This document shows positions 55,528 through 64,000 of a stretch of 64,000 nucleotides of DNA, in pieces. Where the stretch lies: positions 36,828,001 to 36,892,000 of the forward strand of contig CM022670.1 in NCBI GenBank assembly GCA_012295275.1, read 5' to 3'. Under the pieces are notes generated by a model. It was not told where the DNA came from, made no database searches, and worked only from the letters and a program-made list of their open reading frames with translations. This stretch comes from Chrysomallon squamiferum (Eukaryota > Animalia > Mollusca). Both the position numbers and the translations under genes were made by a program. The first letter of the stretch is position 1; each line of letters begins with the position of its first letter.

Positions 55528-56827
55528 GAAAAATAAAATAAAAGTGAAAACGTATTTTAAACCAGAATAGCTAAAATTGTATTAACAGTAATGATGTTTA
55601 ATGATTGTTTTGAAAGTAATAAAGACTTAATTCATACTCGACGTTATTTCACGTTCAGTTTGGTTGTTTAAAGCTGGAGGGTTTTTTTTGTGAATTTTTG
55701 CAATTTCTTCTTGAATTCTTTAAAAATATTTTAAAAATAGAAGTATTTTATGCAAGTTTAACCGTTTAACTATAAATTAAAGCATGAATTTAAAATATCT
55801 CTTACATTTACATCCGCATTCCTAAAACAGAAAGAAAGAAAGAGAGAAAGGTAATATATGTCAAACTAATTCGTGTGCACAGAAACATTTACATGCATGC
55901 ACCGAACTATTGCAAAGACAGCTAGCTTCTCTAAAACTTTAATAACACAAAATAATTTGAATAAGAATTCAGTACAGTAATAGTTGCTCTTGTGATTTTG
56001 TTTCAACTGTCACCAAGTTCCAACAATATATTAATTTCAAAGAAACGAAATTATACCAGAGAAAGGAAAATGGCTTCATATACGCGACACACAAGTTCGT
56101 TGACAGATATATATCTAGGGGCTCCACACAGTGGAAAATTAGCCTTTATAGAAGAGAAAATTACTTTGTTCATTATTAATGTCTCCTGTTGGATGGGAAG
56201 TAAAGCATTTTTTTTTTTTTCTATAGTTTCTTTGTGTCAAGGTCCTGTGAAACTCTATGAATTTGTTTAAACTGACTTTTATTTAAACATTCAAATTTTT
56301 TTTTCTCGCGTTACAGGACCGCGAATAACATAGCGAGAGAAAGAAAAAAAAAAAAGGTTTTAATATTTATTTAAATATAATCATTTTAAATTTACGAATT
56401 GCCTTCAGTTAGAAATATGCCAGATATTTCACGATTGTGTGTTGAGTGGTGGATAAAATGTTTATGCTAATTTATATCACTTTTATATATCAGTTTTGTT
56501 TTTTCCTCTCTCCAAGTGAAAAAAAAAAAAAAAATGTACGTGCGCATTTAAATAAGAATAACAAATTTAAAACACACAACACACACACACACACACACAC
56601 TAATTTCCAGAATCAGCCAAGACCCCATGCTGTTATAATTGGCTGTTATTTGATACTTATTTGCTTTTGAAATCAATTGAAACGATTCATTTATGACAAC
56701 TACAAGCTCAGCCACTGACAGTTAACATCAATTTAAAAAAAAAAAAAAATCGTTTAGACAAAGAATATTATATAAACCTACCTGCGTGTTAAATGAGTTT
56801 TAGTGTCAGAAAAAATACAAAACAAAA

Positions 56828-56873
<46 letters not shown>

Positions 56874-57227
56874 TTGTTGTTGCACCTACGTGCAGACTGA
56901 TGCGCGTGTCACATTTTACTGTCCTCTGATTGGTTGCACTCTGACCCCCGAAATATCGTTATTAGCTACCAGAGTGACGCGACGATTTCTACTGTTGTTA
57001 CAGGTGTGTGTGTGTGTGACGTTTTCCTCTCCCCCGTTCCACTCCGTGTGGTACTTTGTTTATTTTACAAATAATACTGCAGGCAGCGTGGAAAGTGCAT
57101 CGAGGAATAAATTACTTTAATCTGTCGTTGAGCAGTGTGCATCGTAATGTCTGCGTTAGCGGTGTTCCTTAGCGATGAGTTTAGGTTTTAAAATCAATGG
57201 ATGTACACATATATGAATGAATGGAGA

Positions 57228-57340
57228 ATAATAATAATAATAGTAATAGTAATAGTAAAAGTAATAATAATAGTAATAGTAATAGTAATAGTAATAATAA
57301 TAATAATAGTAATAATAATAGTAATAGTAATAATAACAAT
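57228..57340. repeat. (TAA/TAG)n microsatellite
   Basis: Read directly from the sequence. Confidence 0.9.
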
Positions 57341-57692
57341 AACAACAACCACTTATGATACTTATTATTATTAGTAGTAGTAGTAGTATGGTTGAATTCA
57401 TATTTTAAAACGAACAGAAGAATTAAGTTAAGAATATTTAATTATTATTTTTTTTAATGTTATAGAGGATATTAATATTTCATATATACTGTAGTAGACT
57501 TGAACATTACAAAATAACTTTCATTTCTCTTTCATTATTATTAGTAATAGTATTCATATAATAATAATAATAATAACATTAAGATATCACCGTCAAGGAG
57601 AATTTCATTTATATGTTCTTGTATAAAGTAGCAAGAGGAAAAAACATTTAAAATGTATACTTTTAAATCCAGGAGAAAGACACCTGATGTAT

Positions 57693-57696
<4 letters not shown>

Positions 57697-57758
<62 letters not shown>
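57697..57758. repeat. (GT)n microsatellite
   Basis: Read directly from the sequence. Confidence 0.95.
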
Positions 57759-57761
<3 letters not shown>

Positions 57762-58276
57762 ATATATTTTATATAAAACGTAAAAGAAGAATGGAGGAAA
57801 ACATCACTATATCACAAATGATTTATAAAAGAAACTTGGCGAAATTCAGATATTTAATGAGTTGCATTAAGTAAGATGTATGTAGTGTTAATGACAACTA
57901 TCAGTTTGAAATAATTTTTCACAGTTATTAGAGTTATACGAAGTATTGATAAATGTCGTTTGGGAATAATTTGGAAATATTACGTTTAACGAGTTTAAAA
58001 AATATAATATGTTTAGGTCATATTAACCTCAGCTTATTATTACTTTTAGCTGCTTTTGAATTCCTTCGATTGTTTCCTGTGGGGATATCCTTTCTCGTAT
58101 CACCATCACGCAGAACCAAGCTTCTAAACATCTCGTAACCATTAATCACAATATAATTTTAGATGTCGTTAATGAAAAATACGAATTCACATACACACAG
58201 TCATCATATAAAAGTCGTATGTTTGACATCTGGTGATAAAGTTAATAAGAAAATTTATCGCGGTATTGTTAAAACA

Positions 58277-58283
58277 CACAGAC

Positions 58284-58341
<58 letters not shown>

Positions 58342-58390
58342 TCACGTATACACAAAATAAGAAACTCCCCATACATATATATTCATTCAA

Positions 58391-58442
<52 letters not shown>

Positions 58443-58444
58443 AT

Positions 58445-58475
<31 letters not shown>

Positions 58476-58578
58476 GACATTCACGCATAAACAAAATAAG
58501 AAACTCCCCATACATATATATTCATTCAAATAAAAAGTGAGAGAGAGAGAGAGAGTGATACACTCACACACACACACA
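58277..58578. repeat. Duplicated compound microsatellite unit (CA)n-spacer-(GA)n
   Basis: The ~55-bp spacer cattcacg...aaaataagaaactccccatacatatatattcattcaaata occurs at ~58339 and ~58477, each copy between (CA)n and (GA)n. Confidence 0.88.
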
Positions 58579-59537
58579 TGAACATAAACATCCACACAAA
58601 GAAACCAACGAAAAACATGCACGTTTATTTGTAACAAACCAATATTTGTCGGTTGACGAAACGAATGTTGGTATTTCATAAACGGACTATTCATCGCCCT
58701 CCCCGATGGCGTCCGTGTTTGTTTTTAAGCAGTGAGAAATGATAAATCGGCGTAATTTTATGTGTAAACGCAATACCGCTAACCTAAGGAGGCTATTATT
58801 CAGGAGCCGGGCCATTATGTCCTATTGTCCTCTCAGACGGCGCTCATCTCGCAGGCCGATTGGGACTTTCTTCTGATTAGCAATTTTATTGAACGCATTC
58901 TGAGCTAGAAGTGACGGATGCCTGGCATTTGTTAATGTGTTCGCCACTCAAAAATCTATCACCGTGCTTGTTTATTCATGAGAGAAAAAAAAGAAAAAAA
59001 AAAAACCTCACCAACTTCTAAGTGTTGTCGTCTTTCCGATTTGTTGGCATGATTCTCTTACCAGTAAAAGCGACCCTTCTGCTGACAGATCACTGACAAC
59101 AGTTTTTTTGTTTTGTTTTTTCAGTCCGTTCCAGTCAGTTTATTTATTTGTTTGTTTGTTTGTTTACGTTTGTGCTTGTGTTTGAGTTTGTGTTTGCTTA
59201 CCGTTTAAAATGTCTAAAAGTACATGAATAAAACAACATTATGCTTATTTTATTCTATACTTTGTTAGTCTTGACATTTTTAGTAAGCCTTTTATTTGTT
59301 CCTTATTAAGATTGTGTGTGTGTGTGTGTGTGTCTCTGTGTGTGTGTGTGTTTTAGCAAGAACAATATAATTATGAAATATTAATATAAAACTACATATA
59401 TTTATACATACGTACGTACACAAACACACACACTATGACATCCTTTTCTATCCTTACAGATACAAATATTACGTAATACAACTAATTAAATAATAACTAA
59501 AAGTATATTTAATATATTCTATTTTTCCAAATTTCAG

Positions 59538-60897
59538 CAAAAACTGAAAAAGAAAATTGACAGCAGCAACACAGACCAGTCGGCAGCAGACAGTGGACCT
59601 TACAACTTTGACGAGCAGGACTCCCCGTCAAACAAAGGCAACTTAGGCGGCAACCTAAATCAGGACAATCAGCTGCCTAGTCTGTCCGTGCACATAGTGC
59701 AACAGATAAACAGACAGCAGGAGAACTCGCAGACGATACAGACCAATGTGACTCTGAAGACCTGCTACAACACAGGAGAACCGCTGAAACAAGGAAACAA
59801 CCACACGGCAAGCATACAGACCCGATTCGAATGTAAGCAGGAGCCGTCCGACACATCGAACTGTCGAGAGGACGCCAACTGCGGCTCGCAGCAAAGCGCA
59901 AACCCGCAGCCGACGTCGTCGTCGTCGGACCCGAACTTTGGCGTTGACAACGTCGAGGAACTTCAGAACATTTTGGAGGAACTGAAAAATGTCGGCGAGT
60001 TGCCGCCCGACATAATTAAAGAACTGGACGAATTTGAAAAGATTTATGATAATGTCAAAGTGCAACGCGATTCTGAAGGAAATGAACAAGGAACTATGTA
60101 TGGACCAATAGCAAGTGTTTCTCCCAGCCTTACGAAGGCCCCTTACAATGATTCGGTTGGAGGTGCCACAGGAATCAATTCTATGTATGACACTAATCAA
60201 AACATGAATTCTGTCGGTAATGGGTCACTGGCGACTGGTCTGAGACAGCCGCCGCGACACCATGTTTCTCCCATCAATCCTGACTCGACTGGTCCTGCAG
60301 CAGAGACTTTAAAGCAAATGGCTGCACACCACCAAAACCAGTCTGCTCCTCCGTATCCTTTAAAACAACCTTCCATGGAGTATGCTGACACTCCTTTAGG
60401 AGGACCCGGAGGATACACTGGTTATCCTCAACAAAACTTTCAGTCGGCCCAGGCCTTCTCGTATGGTCAGCAGGGCCGACTCGGCGAGGTTACCACTCCG
60501 CAGTATCCTCAACACGGACAGACGAAAGATCTGGCTGCCCTGTCTTACGGCGGCACGAAACCGTTAAGTCACTTCGAAGCTCCAAATCGGCCGCCCCAGC
60601 CTGGACCATCGTCGTTGCAGCAGTTGCAGAACCAGGTGAGGACGCATTTCAATCAGTCGCCGAACCCACAAATGCAAATCACTCAGACTCAGCACATGCA
60701 TGTGACTCATGGATCTCATCGGATGCAGCTTTCTCAGACACAACAGCTTCAAATGCAGCAGCCACCGCAACAGATATCGTTGTCACAACAACAGTCGTTT
60801 TCCATGTCGCACATGCCTCAGAATCAAATGATGAATGATCAAATGAACATGCAAATGATGGAGAAGATGAGGCAAGAACAACGTCAGATGCAGATGA

Positions 60898-60938
<41 letters not shown>

Positions 60939-61892
60939 CAACAACATGCACAGCATTCTCAACAAAGCCAGATGCCACCCCAGTACATGAATCGTCCTCC
61001 GCCTGAATACAAAATGCAACCAGGCGCAACATCATCTTATGGTCCAGCTGCGGATGGGCCGAATCCTCTGAGGACAATGCAGAACATGGTGAATCAAACC
61101 CCGCCGTATGGAGTGGTTAAAACAGAAGTTCCACAAGGACAAACTCCAAACGGAATGCTTCAAGCAACTCACATGAGTGGCATGCAGGCCATGAGTGCAT
61201 CAGTGACTGGTAATCCAGGACTGGCAGGAATGCAGACTTCAGTAGGAAGATCTTACTCCGGCGGCTCTGTTCCCACACAGGGACAAACGCGGCCGCAGGC
61301 AACCTCTACTTACACCAGTGCAATAATGCGCAACCAGAGGCCGCCGAATGTGAACGTAGGGCCCGACGGGCTGAACATTTCTCAGCCTCGAAGCCACGAC
61401 TGGCCTAGAAGTATGATGCAGGGGGTGAGGCACGGGGCGCCGGGGTCAGTGGCGATATCCCACGCAGCAGCGATGTCTCAGTCAAACATGAACCCGTACG
61501 GACATTATCCCAACTCTTCTGTTGGAGGGATGAGCGCTGCTGGTGTTCACATGGCTCAGCGGCCACCCAACGTGACGACCATGATGCCGAACGGGACGCA
61601 GGTGATGATGCAGCAGAACATTCAGATGACGCAGCACGCGAACATGAGACCGGGGGCACCTACCACGCCTGTCACAGGTTACAGCCTTACGTCGGCGTCT
61701 GGGATGACTGGGGCGGTGTCGACAGGGTCTACGCAAGCTCAAGGAACGTTCCCTTCCAACAGCTCCACGCAGGACGACTTCATGAACTTCCTGGATAATG
61801 CTCAAAACACAAGCCCAGATTTCTTTGACAGTATGGTTCAAAACTCAGGAAATTCTGATTTTAGTATTCTCGACGAAATCTTGGGTAAATAA
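59538..61892 (+). CDS. MAML: Mastermind-like protein, coding exon 2 (784 aa; Q/P/M-rich activation region, acidic C-terminus)
   Basis: atttcag| acceptor in phase 0, in frame with the 734-aa track ORF. Motifs: LKKK, AAETLKQMA, TKPLSHF, RPPPEYK, polyQ, C-terminal ILDEILGK*. Confidence 0.92.
60903..60944 (+). repeat. (CAG)9(CAA)5 polyglutamine tract in Mastermind
   Basis: Q14 in frame within exon 2. Confidence 0.95.
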
Positions 61893-62970
61893 CAGTATCT
61901 CTGCGCTGTGTTTGGGATATCAGAAGTAACGAGTGCTAAAAATATAAAGGCAGAGGAGAATCGTGACGTGTTCAGTTCTAAGATACATTCCATGTTCTGG
62001 GAGGATTTACCTGGCCAAAAAAAAAAAAGAAAGCAGAAGACTTTTCAGAAATCACCACTGATGGAATAGAGTGTAGTTCTGCTGATTTCGTGAGGATTCT
62101 CGTCATTTTACAGGCAGCTCAAAGAACTGGACACACGGTGAAGTACTTTGAGTCCAGGGATCTCAGTTTTCAGTGTTTCTGATCTACCCGTGGTCGTAAC
62201 AGTGGGTCCGGATCCGTGGAAAATAATGTGACTGTTTAGTATAATAATATTTCAGTGTTTAAAACTACTATATGGAAAGTAAAAAAACAAAACAAACACA
62301 AACACAAAAAAACAAAAACAAATTCTCATTAGGAGATGTGCAAAACTGGATTAAGATGTTAGAATTTTAGCTACATCAGAAAACGAGTTATATATCTTTA
62401 AACAACGTTTATCAAAAAATAAACCAAACGAAAAGGAATCATAAACCAAAATAACAAAAAAAACAAAAAACATAATGTTTGGTTAACGTGGATTTTTTTT
62501 TTTGGTGTATGTGAAGAAAAAAAATGTGAGATGATCGTTGTAATTCGACTGTGGAGTATTTCATGTTCCACTATGACGGATGCTACCCGTAGCTTCCGAG
62601 ACACACACACACACTAAATATAAATCTGTATATATCATGTGAATGAGAGCGGATGAGCAATCTACCTCGTGAACGCGATACCCTAGCCAACCCGGCGAAC
62701 CCCGCCCCGCCCTGCTGTGTTAAGGAAGGCTGGGGGAGGGAAATAAATAGACGATTGTACTTTGTGGAAGTGCTTGTACGAGATGCAGGGAACTTGTAAC
62801 CTGACTCTGTGCTGTATGAAACTGGTTAGGAAAAAAAAGGTCGCGGTGCGAGTATTTGTTTAATCTGTTAAACCTGGTAAATAGCTGTGAAGTGATAACA
62901 CAAAAAAACAACAACACCACAGGTCTGCGGTTTCATGGGACCAGTTATTTTATTATTTTTATTTTTTTTA

Positions 62971-63025
<55 letters not shown>

Positions 63026-63910
63026 TTTTCTGTCGCCGAGTAATGCATGTGTACATTGTGTTTCACAAGATCTCGCATGGAATAGCTCCCATGTCAAGAC
63101 GATTCCGCATGTTGCAGAAGTAAATACAAAAATATATATTATGTTGGTGTATCTTTTTTGTTTGTTTTGTTACTGTTTATTATTTAGCTAATATTTAACA
63201 AAAAAAAATTTACATATTTATAAAAGCATGTTTCCATTGGTTTTACATTACTTACACAAATTATCGTTGTATTTCTTAAAATTTACAGCAGGGAATTGAA
63301 ATTCAATCGAGTGAGAATTAAAACAAGTAAACGTTTAGAATAATAATACTCTTTTAAACGATCTCTTACGTGCAAGTACAAAACACGTGAGTTTAAAATG
63401 AATGAAAATTAAGACATGGGCCTGTGATTGGTGACATGATCTGTCTTTTTTTGAGTTGCCCTTTGAGTATTTTTTTTTGTTTTTTTTTTTTATTTTTTTT
63501 TTTTTTTTTTTTTTTTTTGCATCCCAGCCAACACATAAACAGATTAAAAGTTTTGTCTCTTTTAAAGTACAGTCTTGAAAAGTTCATTAAATTACTCTCG
63601 TCAAAAACACTCGGGGGTTTTCAACATGATAAAAATATCGGTTACTAGAATGACCGCTGAAAAGTGAAATGGGTCATGGTCAGGCAAAAAAGTTGTAATT
63701 GTTTGCATCCTTTTTTGTCCCTCACCTCTTCTGACACCAGTTTTTACTACAGCAAGTTAAAGTTGTAGTTTTACTATTGATAGTTAAAGTTGCTGCAGTC
63801 TGGCTTGAGCGGGTAACATTTTGAATTTTTATTGAAATTTATAAAATTAGTGTGATTAACAATAAACGAACAAATTATTTTACTATTAACAAATGTTAGA
63901 TGTCAAAAGT

Positions 63911-63957
<47 letters not shown>

Positions 63958-63963
63958 TGTATG

Positions 63964-64000
<37 letters not shown>

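Noticed and set aside
59655-61841. Minus-strand ORFs of 61-181 aa opposite mam exon 2
   Set aside because: Antisense shadows of a GC-richer coding exon with no recognisable domains.

Overview
This is AT-rich, microsatellite-rich, intron-containing animal genomic DNA, probably an invertebrate such as a mollusc (inferred from Mastermind motifs and repeat fragments, not proven). It holds two divergently oriented protein-coding genes. (1) TRAP1 (mitochondrial HSP90/HSP75) is on the minus strand: 17 coding exons traced with consistent GT-AG phases from ATG 27727 down to position 4 (685 codons). Its 3' end lies left of the window, and intron 2 is unusually large (17.1 kb). (2) A Mastermind-like Notch co-activator (MAML/mam) is on the plus strand, with only two coding exons (47567-47821 and 59538-61892; 869 aa). 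The rest is non-coding: CpG-richer islands that look regulatory, a decayed hAT (Buster/Charlie) transposon, an RTE-like LINE 5' fragment, SINE-like fragments, a ~970-bp element with ~115-bp inverted arms, tandem duplications and many microsatellites. Most ORFs in the supplied track are spurious. I found no convincing novel multi-gene system. The best leads are a compensating +1/-1 indel pair in TRAP1 exon 16, candidate cryptic promoters/first exons in the large introns and intergenic region, and uORFs at the mam start.
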